Virus record (IMG/VR): IMGVR_UViG_3300042691_013609 | Span: 1-64,000 of that record | Direction: 5' to 3' (one strand) | Length of the DNA stretch: 64,000 bases | From: a virus | Shown here: positions 19,584 to 30,500 of the stretch, in pieces | Numbering within the stretch: position 1 is the first letter of the stretch | Layout: each line of letters starts with the position of its first letter | Position numbers and translations under genes: made by a program | Notes under the pieces: model-generated | The model's database searches: none | Seen by the model: the letters and a program-made list of their open reading frames with translations, nothing else | What the model was told of the DNA's origin: nothing

Positions 19584-21446
19584 ATGAAGAATAAAAAATC
19601 AATAAGTTCTATCTTTCAACAAGGAGGAACACCTAAGAAAAAAGTATTATCTAGTGACGCTTTTATGCCTGCTAGTGAGTTCTATTATCAAATGGGCGGT
19701 TTAGCTTATTTATCTTTAGGTGACAGAGTTTTAAGAGCACAAAATGGTGTTTTGGCCTCTGCCGTAAATGCTCCGGCACCACCTATGACATATCAAGATT
19801 TACAAAATCAATTTCTCAGTCAGCCTGTTCTTAATGGCGGGATGTCCCCAGAAGCTGTAGCTGCTGCAAATTCTGCACCTCCTTTACAACCTATACCTCC
19901 AGATGTAGCTCCTTTTACGCCAGGGGTAACACCACAAGGATTTATTCAATTAGATCAAAAAGAAGGAGAGACTAGGTGGCAGTACAGATTTGATCCAGCT
20001 AACAATGTCTTCCAGGCTTTCGATACAAGAAGACCTGAAAAAGGGTGGATGGTTCCAGACGTTACTAAGGATAGTGGTAAAAAAGCAGATGAGGCAATTA
20101 GGGCTAGATATGGAGCAGATGCCGCAGCTGGAGCAGCAGCATTATCAGCAGAGATTCAGAACAGAGCAGCTGCATTACAACCAGTAGCAAAGATAGGAGG
20201 AGCAGGTATTGAAGCACCAACTTCATTAACTCCTAGAACTATAAACGTAGCAGGAAAGACAGTTACATTACCTTCAGGACCTTTATCTTCTGGTACAGCT
20301 CCAGCAGCCGCAGGGACAGCCCCAGCAGCAGGAGCAGCAGCCGCAGGTGCAGGAGCAGCCACTACACCATCAGTTGCAGCAGGTCAAACAGGAGCTAGTT
20401 ATGAAGATTTAACTAGTCAATTTATGGGCAGATATGCAGAACCAGCTAGACCTAGAAATTGGCAAGGGACTCCTTATGAAGTACCAACTATTGGTACAGC
20501 TACTCCTACAGCACCAGTGCCAGGCGGATTTGTAACTGAGGATAATATGACTATTATGCCTATGAATCCAGAAGAAGCCGCAGCAGCAAGACAAGCAAGA
20601 GGTCCTGTAGAAGCACAGCCATTAGAGACAAGGCCGGTACAAAGATTCCCAGGAATGTATGATAGGACTAACAATCCAGCCGCTGATTTACAGCCAAGAT
20701 ACATACCTACTAAGAAACAAGTTAATGGTTTTGAAATAAACGCAGATAACAAAGGAGATCTTACCATCACAGATAAAAAAGGAGAAACGTTTAGAATTCC
20801 AGAAGAGTTAGGAGTATCCTCAGAAGATTTGGCGGTAATGACTCAAGAAGAATTACAAAATTTGATTGAGGAGTTTAAGTATATAATGTCTGATAAAGAA
20901 CAGAAAAATTACTTTAACGTAAAGAACGATCAAAACACAGAAAGACCTGGAACAGTACCAGCAAATAGAAGGAATGTATTAAGAAGATACTCAGGAGCTG
21001 CACAAGCTGCGCCACAAAGAATGCAGGGTGGGTATACAAATCCTTATGATATTAATTATTTCCTTAATGGTGGAGTTCCAAGTATGCAATTAGGCGGTTT
21101 AGTATCTTCTATGGGTTCTATGTTATCTAATCCATCTATGGCTAATAGCTCATTTAATACAATGAACACTAACAGCCCAGTAGGCGGGACTATGTCTGGT
21201 TTTAATCCATCTACTTCTACTATACCCACATCTTATCAACAGGGTGGTATGCCAATGATGTCTGTAGATATGATGTCTGTAGAGAGAATTAACCCAGTTC
21301 AGGATTTCATCAAAAGCCCTTATAGAATAATGGACCCACTTTTTGAGAATTTCAGTAAAGGGGATTCTTATCCAGGAGTTAAATTAACTAAAGCATCTAT
21401 GGATAGTTATTATAGTATGCCGGGTGTTAAAAAATATGGAAAATAA
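19584..21446 (+). CDS. putative internal virion protein, Ala/Pro-rich, xxxGG repeats
   Basis: 620 aa; FQQGG, YQMGG, FLNGG, MQLGG, YQQGG. Confidence 0.65.
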   Translation: MKNKKSISSIFQQGGTPKKKVLSSDAFMPASEFYYQMGGLAYLSLGDRVLRAQNGVLASAVNAPAPPMTYQDLQNQFLSQPVLNGGMSPEAVAAANSAPPLQPIPPDVAPFTPGVTPQGFIQLDQKEGETRWQYRFDPANNVFQAFDTRRPEKGWMVPDVTKDSGKKADEAIRARYGADAAAGAAALSAEIQNRAAALQPVAKIGGAGIEAPTSLTPRTINVAGKTVTLPSGPLSSGTAPAAAGTAPAAGAAAAGAGAATTPSVAAGQTGASYEDLTSQFMGRYAEPARPRNWQGTPYEVPTIGTATPTAPVPGGFVTEDNMTIMPMNPEEAAAARQARGPVEAQPLETRPVQRFPGMYDRTNNPAADLQPRYIPTKKQVNGFEINADNKGDLTITDKKGETFRIPEELGVSSEDLAVMTQEELQNLIEEFKYIMSDKEQKNYFNVKNDQNTERPGTVPANRRNVLRRYSGAAQAAPQRMQGGYTNPYDINYFLNGGVPSMQLGGLVSSMGSMLSNPSMANSSFNTMNTNSPVGGTMSGFNPSTSTIPTSYQQGGMPMMSVDMMSVERINPVQDFIKSPYRIMDPLFENFSKGDSYPGVKLTKASMDSYYSMPGVKKYGK

Positions 21447-21454
21447 TCTAACAA

Positions 21455-22960
21455 ATGAATAATAAAAGAAATACAGGCACAGTAAGTCCTCTTGTTCAGA
21501 ACATAATGCCAGTAGGCAATAAGAAAAAAATTACAGGATATATTCCTATTGAAAATCTTATTCCTATTCAAACTGAAAAAGATGAGCTTATTGTATTACC
21601 TACAAACGATGTAGTTAAGGTAAATGCCAAAAAAAGACATGGTAAAATGCCAGAAGACCAAGTGACAGACATAGTTCCCGATGGGAGCTATGTCCTTAGT
21701 CAATATGGTCAAGTTGACATTTACAAGGAAGAGGCGGACAATATGATTATAGAGACTGAAAACAAACCCTATAACTTATTTAGCCAAAATCCAGAACCAA
21801 AAGTAAAGACTTTAGGTGACATGATGGGTAAAAAGAAAATGAAACCAGCAGATTTAGCCAGAAAAATATTAGCTAAATATAAGACGGTAGATTTAGACGA
21901 TCCTTTTACAGAGCAAACAAATAGGGCTAACAAATACACAGCCTCTAAATATTTACAAGCTATTGTTGCTTTATCTGAATTAGACAAAGAAAGGAAGGGA
22001 TTAAATGCACAAGAGCAAGTAGATATGTTCCAAGGACAACCTGAAGCAATAGCTAGACAGGGCGGCCTTCTTGCTATTTTAAGAGCACAGAGCGGAGGTG
22101 AAATAGCTGCTATGGTCCCTGGGGCTATATCAGCTATTGGCAGTATTTGGTCTGATGTGGCGAATAGAAATTTATTAAAGAAAAATACTAGATCCTCTTT
22201 AGCTGATATACAATCTACTTATAACCAACAACAAGGTCTTGAGAATTTAGGTTTAGGTGCTAACTTAGCTGGATTTGCAATGCAAAACCCACAGGTAGAA
22301 GTAGCTAGAAGATCAGCAGGTATGGAGGCAGCAGCATTAAGAAATGCCAATTTAGGAAGACAAGAGGAGGATTATGCTGCGAGCAGAATGGCTGCCAATA
22401 GGCCAGATTATTCTTCTTTACCTCCACAAATAGCCGCACAATTAGCCGCACAAGATACAGCTAGAATGTACGAAACAATAAGCGGCTCTAATATCCAATC
22501 TGCAAGAGATAGGGCTAATAGAAACATACAAGCATCTAAATTACAACAAGATATTGCCAATGCAAATGAAGCAGCTAGAGTAGCAGAAGTTATGGGCACA
22601 AGACAGAATGTAGGATCTCTATGGGCAGGTATGTCCGGAGCTGTTAGCGGAAGTGTTGGTAATCAGCAAAATTTACTTTCAAATAAAGTACAATCTCAAT
22701 TAGCGGCTAGAAACCAACAAGCCCAAGGTTTAATGCAATTAAACCAACAGGCGGCACAGAACGCTATGAATACAGCAGCATTATTCCAGCAAGGATATAA
22801 TAGTTTGCAGAACCAAAGAGCGCAAGAAGAATTGCAACAAAGATTGGCTTACCAATTACCGACTACTCCTATGCCACAAACATTAAGCCCAATGGCTGGT
22901 GATTGTATTAAAATGCCTAATGGCGCATTGATAAATAAGTATACAGGTAAACCTTGTTAA
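21455..22960 (+). CDS. putative ejection/pilot protein
   Basis: 501 aa; Gln/Ala-rich helical C-terminal half after AQSGG; amphipathic AAMVPGAISAIGSIW. Confidence 0.6.
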   Translation: MNNKRNTGTVSPLVQNIMPVGNKKKITGYIPIENLIPIQTEKDELIVLPTNDVVKVNAKKRHGKMPEDQVTDIVPDGSYVLSQYGQVDIYKEEADNMIIETENKPYNLFSQNPEPKVKTLGDMMGKKKMKPADLARKILAKYKTVDLDDPFTEQTNRANKYTASKYLQAIVALSELDKERKGLNAQEQVDMFQGQPEAIARQGGLLAILRAQSGGEIAAMVPGAISAIGSIWSDVANRNLLKKNTRSSLADIQSTYNQQQGLENLGLGANLAGFAMQNPQVEVARRSAGMEAAALRNANLGRQEEDYAASRMAANRPDYSSLPPQIAAQLAAQDTARMYETISGSNIQSARDRANRNIQASKLQQDIANANEAARVAEVMGTRQNVGSLWAGMSGAVSGSVGNQQNLLSNKVQSQLAARNQQAQGLMQLNQQAAQNAMNTAALFQQGYNSLQNQRAQEELQQRLAYQLPTTPMPQTLSPMAGDCIKMPNGALINKYTGKPC

Positions 22961-22979
22961 AATAAAATAAATTAAAAAT

Positions 22980-24536
22980 ATGTTTGGGAATTCATTCTTA
23001 ACTAGTAAGTATTTAAAGAAATTGCAGCAAGGGGGTGGGATATCCATCCCCGACCCTGCTAGATTTAGAACTCCAATACAGGGGATTAATCCTTCTGTGT
23101 TCAATTATGATATTAACACAAAGCCACTTGATGTAAACCCTATGTTGCAGGTTATGCAAACTAAGGATAGTATGGATATGGCTAGGGAAAAGGCAGCCTT
23201 AGAAAGGGAAAAACTAAAAGCTCAAGCTGATTTAGAAAAAAGTAAATTACAGCACCAGCAGAATAAGATGATGATGGATTTCATGGGTGATATGTTTAAA
23301 GTTACTGGAGATGCCTCTATGAGTTCTGCGGGAACTCCACTTTACGCAGGAAATGACCTAACTACGTCAAAAAGATATGCACCTATTTACCAGCAATGGC
23401 AAACAAAGGAGTCAGAGATAGTAACCGATATAGCTAAGAGTATGTCTGCCCCAGTTGGTAGTACTCAAGCTAGCACTGTTATTATGAATAAAATGTTGGA
23501 ACTCCAAAGACACAGGCAGAATGCGCCTACAACAATGCAAATGGGTGCAGACCATAAAAGTATGGAAAATTTTTGGACTACTATGTCCGGAAATTCAAAA
23601 GATAAAAATAAAAAAATGAATGGCACTCTAGCTATGAGGGCCTTGAAACAAAGGGAAGAGTTTTTAAATGGTGTAGATAATGGTTACGAACTAGGCATGT
23701 CTGTCAATAATATACCTGGTTTAGTTTATGACAATGAATACGAGAGAAAGAAGTTAGACGATATTTACGCTCAAGTAAACAAACCTATCGAGCAAGAATT
23801 TATGGATTCAGGCGGTGGAGTTATAACTACTAAAAAAACTAAAAAAACATTAGACCCTAAGTTAGCATCTCAAGCTATTTTAGATAGAGTTTGGGGAGAT
23901 GCGAGCCAAAGATCTTATTTATCTGATTTATATGGAATGGATTTATGGGATGTAGATCAAAACAATGAAGCCAGAGTTAAAGAATTGTTAAGAGATAAAA
24001 TAGAGAAAACTATTCAGTACGATGATCAGTTATATGGTGGAGCTACTGGTGTAACTACAGATATATCAGCTCAAATACTTCCTACTAAAGATAAGACTGT
24101 CACTATGAATTATAATGTAGCTGGGGGTACTACAAAAAATATAAATAAAACTGTAACACCGTTAGATTCAGTTGAGCTGCCTAAGAATGTATCAACAAAT
24201 ACAGATGGATCTTATGACGTATCTGGAAATCCGGATACTCTTAAAAAGATAAAAGCTTATAGAGCTGCCAATAAGATTTCAAGTAACAATTATAAAAACG
24301 TTTCAGGAAAAGAATTAGCAGAAGCTCTATCTCCAGGAAGTACTGGCGGAACAACTGCTGCGCCTGCTGCACCAGGAACTTCTGGTTCAGCTACAGCTAA
24401 AACACCACAAGAACTAGCTAGAGAACAATTCCCTGGTATGTATAAACAGATGGAAGAAGTAGACAAGGGTGTAAAAACTGTCGAGACTAAGAAAAAGAAA
24501 GAAATACAAAATCTAAAAAATAAATACGGCTTATAA
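22980..24536 (+). CDS. putative internal virion protein
   Basis: 518 aa; N-terminal KKLQQGG; TAATG-coupled to the giant ORF. Confidence 0.6.
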   Translation: MFGNSFLTSKYLKKLQQGGGISIPDPARFRTPIQGINPSVFNYDINTKPLDVNPMLQVMQTKDSMDMAREKAALEREKLKAQADLEKSKLQHQQNKMMMDFMGDMFKVTGDASMSSAGTPLYAGNDLTTSKRYAPIYQQWQTKESEIVTDIAKSMSAPVGSTQASTVIMNKMLELQRHRQNAPTTMQMGADHKSMENFWTTMSGNSKDKNKKMNGTLAMRALKQREEFLNGVDNGYELGMSVNNIPGLVYDNEYERKKLDDIYAQVNKPIEQEFMDSGGGVITTKKTKKTLDPKLASQAILDRVWGDASQRSYLSDLYGMDLWDVDQNNEARVKELLRDKIEKTIQYDDQLYGGATGVTTDISAQILPTKDKTVTMNYNVAGGTTKNINKTVTPLDSVELPKNVSTNTDGSYDVSGNPDTLKKIKAYRAANKISSNNYKNVSGKELAEALSPGSTGGTTAAPAAPGTSGSATAKTPQELAREQFPGMYKQMEEVDKGVKTVETKKKKEIQNLKNKYGL

Positions 24537-27500
24537 TGAATGAAGATTTCTTAAAAGAGCTATATAATAGTTATGGTATATCTAAGAAAAACATCAGTTT
24601 TGATGAGTTTTCAAAAGATATGGCTAAACCTGATTTTCAAAAACTTTTTTACGATAGCAAAAAGTTTTCTGATAAAGGGATTTCTTTTGATGATTTTAAA
24701 TTAGATATTTCTAATAAAGAAAAACCAATATCTTTTAGTGTTGAGGGTACTAGAGAGGCAATGGCCAATGTTGATGAAGCTATTAAAAATGTAAAAGTAC
24801 CTACTAAACCTGTTTCAGAAACAGTAAAAGAGCAGAAGGGCACAGATGTGACCGGTATAAGGACTGATATAAATTGGGAACAAGGTACTACTAAAAATGT
24901 TATTGATCCTGAAAAAGCAAGAATAGAAGCAGCTAAAGTAGCAGCAGAAAAATCTAAGTCTACTGGAGAAATTATACCCGGATGGAAGAGGACTGTCGAT
25001 TTCACAACAGGTGAAGTTACTGATGTAGTAGACGAAGAGAGAAGAAGTGCCTATTTAAAGACCCAAGAAGAAATAAAGAAGGCACAAGAAGCTACGCAAC
25101 AACAATTTCAACCAGGATCTTATACTTATTTCCCAACAATCTCAGAACCAGATTTACCTGTTTACAATTTACAAAAAGCTTTAAAACCATATGAAGATGC
25201 TGTAGCTGAAGCTAATGGAGGTATTTTTCAGGACGCAAAATCTGCTTTTTATAAAGTTTTAGATATAACTAAACTGTCCAGCCCTTATGGGGGTAATATT
25301 TATAATCAGTACCAAATAGAACTTGCTGCGGATAGAAAAGAAAAATTACAAAAAGCTGAAGAACTAAGAGGTAAAATAATGTCTGAATTACCAGAGGAAG
25401 TAACAAATCCTTTGGATTTTGATTCTATATACCAATATGAAGCTAGTACGTCCACTACTAAAGAAGAAGCAGTCAATAAAACAAACGTCAAACTAAAAGA
25501 CCATTCAAATAGGTTACGTTTAGTCGAAGATTATAATTATAAAAAACTCACCCCTCAACAACAGCAAGTAGCCGACTTACTAAAAAAAGGAGAAGATGTG
25601 GACGTGTCTTCTTTAGAGGGTTCCCCAGAGTTTGATAAATGGATGAGATCCGCCGATAACGTAAGTAAACAAAAAGAATTAGTAAAAAATAATATAGACA
25701 AATATACAGGAGTACAGCAGTATATTGGTAATATTCTTGGCGAACTTAAAAATAAAAACTATGACGATGATGTTATAGAGTCTAGCTTGGTGAATTCATT
25801 AGAAACCCTAAGACAACAAAAACCAGAGTGGTCTGATGAAATTAATGATGCCCAAAACTTTATTAGAGAAAAAACTGTAACAGAAGGTGATGCTTTAAGT
25901 GCAGCTGCTTCATGGGGGTTTAATACAGCTAATAAAATAGGAGATACATTTGGGGCGATGCTTAAAGGTGTTAAATCCACTTTTTATACAGAAAGTACAA
26001 GGAATCTAACAAGAGGGGATGTAGATCAAGTCGTTAGGGATGAATTTGGGAAAGACCTTAGAGATATGTTAGTTGGGGCTTCCTCTAAATATAATGCGCC
26101 TATTAGTAGTAATGTTGTAGAAAAAGGAAATTTAAAACTTATAATCGAAGATGGTAAAGTAGTTGATATAAGAAGGAAAGATGATTCAAAAATATTCTTT
26201 CCAACTAAATATGAGTTACAAGTAGCAGAGTCTTATAATCCAAAAGTAGATGGAGAGGGTGAAGTAGATTATAACTGGAAGTCTATTGGTAATACTACAG
26301 GCCAAGTTATCACTGATATGATACCTATGATAGCAGCATCAATGGCTAGTGGTGGGGCTACTTTGCCAACTATGCTAGGGGCTATGTCAACTACATATGG
26401 TTCGTATTACAATGAAGCATTACAAAGAACAGGAGATATGAAACAAGCCACGTTATACGCGGCTATTACTTCTCCATTAATAGGGTATGTAGAGTCTAAA
26501 GTTGGTAATTTAGAGGGTAAATTAGGAAGAGCTTTAACTGGAGCAGAAAAAGGGGCTATTGAACGATTAGCTTTAGAAGTAGGTGAAGAAGTTTCTTCTA
26601 AAGGTATTAAAAATTACGTAGAAGGAAGAGGCGTTTTAACCTACTTAAAAGAAAAAGTAGCCAGATCGCCCGAATTAATTGGGGATATAAAAGGTGAATT
26701 ACTTGAAGAGTTCTCAAATTTCGGCACTGAAGCTGTTACAGCTGCCGCTACTGGTGTAGAAGGAGAACCTCTAACTATGGCTGAAGTAGAAGAAACAGCT
26801 ATTATTACTACTTTAGTTTCTGGTCTTATGGGCGGAGCCCGTATTATGGCGGACAACGCTAAAGAGATCAATGAAATGCTTGGTTATGCAGCTCTCAATC
26901 AAGATAAGTTTGAAGAGGCTGGAGTTAAATGGGTTGAAGCAGGGAGAACTGAAGAAGAGAAAGCAAAAAGAAGAAAAGACTTTGAAGCAAAAAGAGTATC
27001 AGTTACAGAAGTAAAAGATACTTTAAATTACGTAAACGAAAATAACTTTTCAGAAAAAGATAAAGATGAATTATTTAATTTATCTTTAGAGAAAGCTAAA
27101 CTTCTTTATAAGATGGCTTCTTCTGAAAGTGAGAAGACAAAAACTAATTTAGCTAAATCTATAGCCGAGATTGACAAGAGGATGGCGGGGTATACTCCAG
27201 GTGAAGGAGCTCCTGAAGCACCGCCTACACCTGAAGCCGCTATAGAAGAATCTAAAAAAGGATTTGTTACAGAAGAAGAGTTTAATACTTTAAAACAAAA
27301 CGGAAGAATACCTTCTGATGTTACTTTTGACCAGTTTAAAGAACTTCCTTTAAATAAACAACAAGAGTACAGACAACCAAAACCTACAGTAACCGAAGCC
27401 CAGCAAACAGAATTAGATAAAATAAATAAAAGAGCTACCTCTATCCAACAAAGATTGGATGAGGATAAGGCATTAGAGGATGAAGGTGAAGAACCTATAC

Positions 27501-30500
27501 TATCTAAAGAAGAAAGACAAAGACTAGAAACACAATTACAAACATTAAACCAACAAAGAGATGCCATTCAAAAGCAAAGCACAGCAGAGATATCTGTTCA
27601 GCCAGAACCCCAAACTGGCGAAGGAGTGGGCGGACAAGTACAACCAGAACCTCAAGTCACTCCCGGAGAAGGCCAAGTCGAAACCGAAGGCCAAGTCGAA
27701 GAGCAAGCTCAAGGGAAAATAGTAGATAAAAATTTTGATGAATCTCCTGACACTAAATCTTTTGTAGGTTCATATGTAGATTACCAAGGAGTGAGAGGTG
27801 TCTTGTTAGAAGATGGCCAAGGTAATATTATAGTGGACACTGGAGAGGGAGATGTCTTAGTTGAGGGGGCTTTGTCAGACATGACAAACAATGAATTAGG
27901 TCTCAGCAGAGCTGAAAGACCTGAAATAAATGAACAAGACATACAAAAAATAGAGCAAGATGTAACTGCTAATATAGATCCAACTGTTATACAAACAGAT
28001 TTCGGCACCGGTAGGGTATTTTACGGGGGTAAAGAATTTAAGTATGAGTCTACTAATCTAGATAAAGACGGAAATGCTGTATCTATAAGTATGACAGATG
28101 CTGATGGCAATAAGAAGACCATACGTAATAAACAAGCGGTTGAAGAAATAGAACTTCAAAAAATGATTTTTGAAGACTTACTAAACAATAATAAAATAAC
28201 ATTAGACAATGAGTTCGCAAAACAATTCCAAGCCCAAGCAACAGACCTTGGGATCAAACCCACGATTACAGCTCCCCAAAGAGGTCAGAGACGTGTTGAA
28301 CCAGTACAGCAAGGAAGACCAACTGAAAGTGTTAAAGGCGATGAAACAAAACCAGAATTTGTAAAAAGAACTCCTGGGGTCATAAAAGGTTTTGAGGTAA
28401 AGAAAAAAGACGGAACAACTTTACCTCCATCTAATTATACAAAAGATTCAAAGACTGGCAAATGGAGGAGGATAAATGAGACAGGCAAGCCTACAGCAGT
28501 AAATACTCAGCAAATGATTCAGCAATTGGAAGCTGAGGAAAAAAGATTAACAAAAGAAGAACAAAAAGCTATAGCTGAGGCCAAAAAAAGAATACCTGTT
28601 GAGATAAAAGGATTTGAAGTAAAGAAAGCCAATGGTACAACTGTGCCAGCCTCTGATTACGTAAAAGACCCTAACACCGGAAAGTGGAAAAGGATAAATG
28701 AACAAGGTAAACCTATAGCTGTATCCAGCCAACCAATGATAAAACAATTGGAGGCGGAAGAAAAAAGATTAGCACAAGAAGAACAAATGGCTGCCGAACA
28801 AAAGGCAAAGCCAAAGGCGGAGCCTACGCCAGCCACACAGCCGGCAAAAGCAGCTCCAGTTATAACAGTAAAAGCACCTGCAATAGAAGTTACGCCACAA
28901 CCAGAAGCTAAAGGGGAGGGGGTAGAAAAAACTGCACAAAAGGCAGAAACGAAACCAGAAACCGCTACTACGAAACCTACACCAGAAGCCAAAACTCCAG
29001 AACCCGCTGCTGCAACAGAAACACCTACACCAGAAGCTCCTCCTAAACCGCAAGGCAAGGTTGGGGCTAACGGCGTTCCACAAATATTTTTCTCTATGCC
29101 TGGCGTTAAAGCGGTAGGGTTTGATATTTTTGGGAAGTTTTATAATGTTGTATCAAACTCATTTAGACCAAAGATAATGGTGGATATAAACGGAACAATT
29201 ATTCCATTTTATATGACTACTGGATTTGGCGGAAAGAGTACACCTCCTGGATGGTATCCAATTTGGGGTTTTGGGGAAGACGGTTGGTTTAATAAAACCG
29301 TGGATTCAGAGATTATGGATTTCTATTCTAAGTATATTGGAAGGGAAAATGCGGACTTGTTAAAATCTATCGCAGATGAGTTAAATAATTTCTATGGAGT
29401 AGATCCTTTTTTTATTTCTATCGATTATGATAGAGATTCTAATTTACCTAAAGTAGAAGCTGAGGAGAAATTTGAAAAAGAAGTTAATAAGCTTGTAAAT
29501 TCTAAGTTACCTATCAAACCAATACTCCAAAAATCTGGAGACATAAAGACATTAAGTAAAAATATAAAAACACTTGGAGATAATTTATCTAAGAGTGTAG
29601 AAGGTATTAAGAAACAACAGCAAGAAGAGAAAGCTAGGCAAGAGGCACAAAGAAAAGCCGAAGAGCAGAAAAGAGTTGAAGAGCAGAGAAAGGCGGAGGA
29701 ACAGAAAAAAGCTGAAGCTGAAAGACAAAAAGCTGCCGAAGAAAAAGCTAAAAAAGAAGCAGAAAAACCTGCTCCAAAGAAAGAAGAGCCTGCTAAAAAA
29801 GCAGTAGAAGAAGAAGTAGATTTAGAAGAGCCAGCTACAGAAGAAGAGATTGCTGCTTTTGAAGAAGAGATGAAGATGCTTGAATCTGAATTAGCTGAAG
29901 CTTTGGCAAAAGGTTTCCAGGATGGTTTTAGTGTTAGTAATAAATCACAAATAGCTGCGGCTGAATCAGTAACTACTACAAAGGAAAATAAAGATACTGT
30001 ATTAGCTTCAAAAAGATTAATACGGGTATTGAAGTCTGTATTCCCTAATATGGATATTTTCTTACATACAGACGAAGAGTCCTACAATAGGAAAATGGAA
30101 GAACTTGGGGGAAGACCTGATTCTGGTGGTAATTTCTTTTACGCTAAAAGCCCAGATGGCAAAGTAACTAGGGGGCGGATAGATATAAATCTTAATTCGG
30201 CCAGCCCAGTTACTGTAGCGCACGAAGTATCCCACGCTATCTTATTAAAGACTTTTGGGGATAACCCTGTTTTATTTAAAAAATTCCGGGACAATATTGG
30301 AAAAATCTTATTAAATGAAGCTAATCAAAAATTAATAGTTAGAGATAGATACGGAAGATCAGTAAGCTGGGCTAGTGCGTTAGATAGTTTTGAAGCTATG
30401 TATAAAGGCCAAGAAGTGGCCCCTGAAGAATACTTAGTACAATTAACTGCATTCTTATCTGAGAGTGGTAACGCGTTAACGATAGCTAGAAAAGCACCTT

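Noticed and set aside
19990-20187. +1-frame ORFs inside 19584-21446 (also 3892-4101, 8265-8501, 12296-12502)
   Set aside because: Gln/Leu content is explained by GCA/ACT/TCT-type codon runs in the main frame; weak starts and no recognisable family
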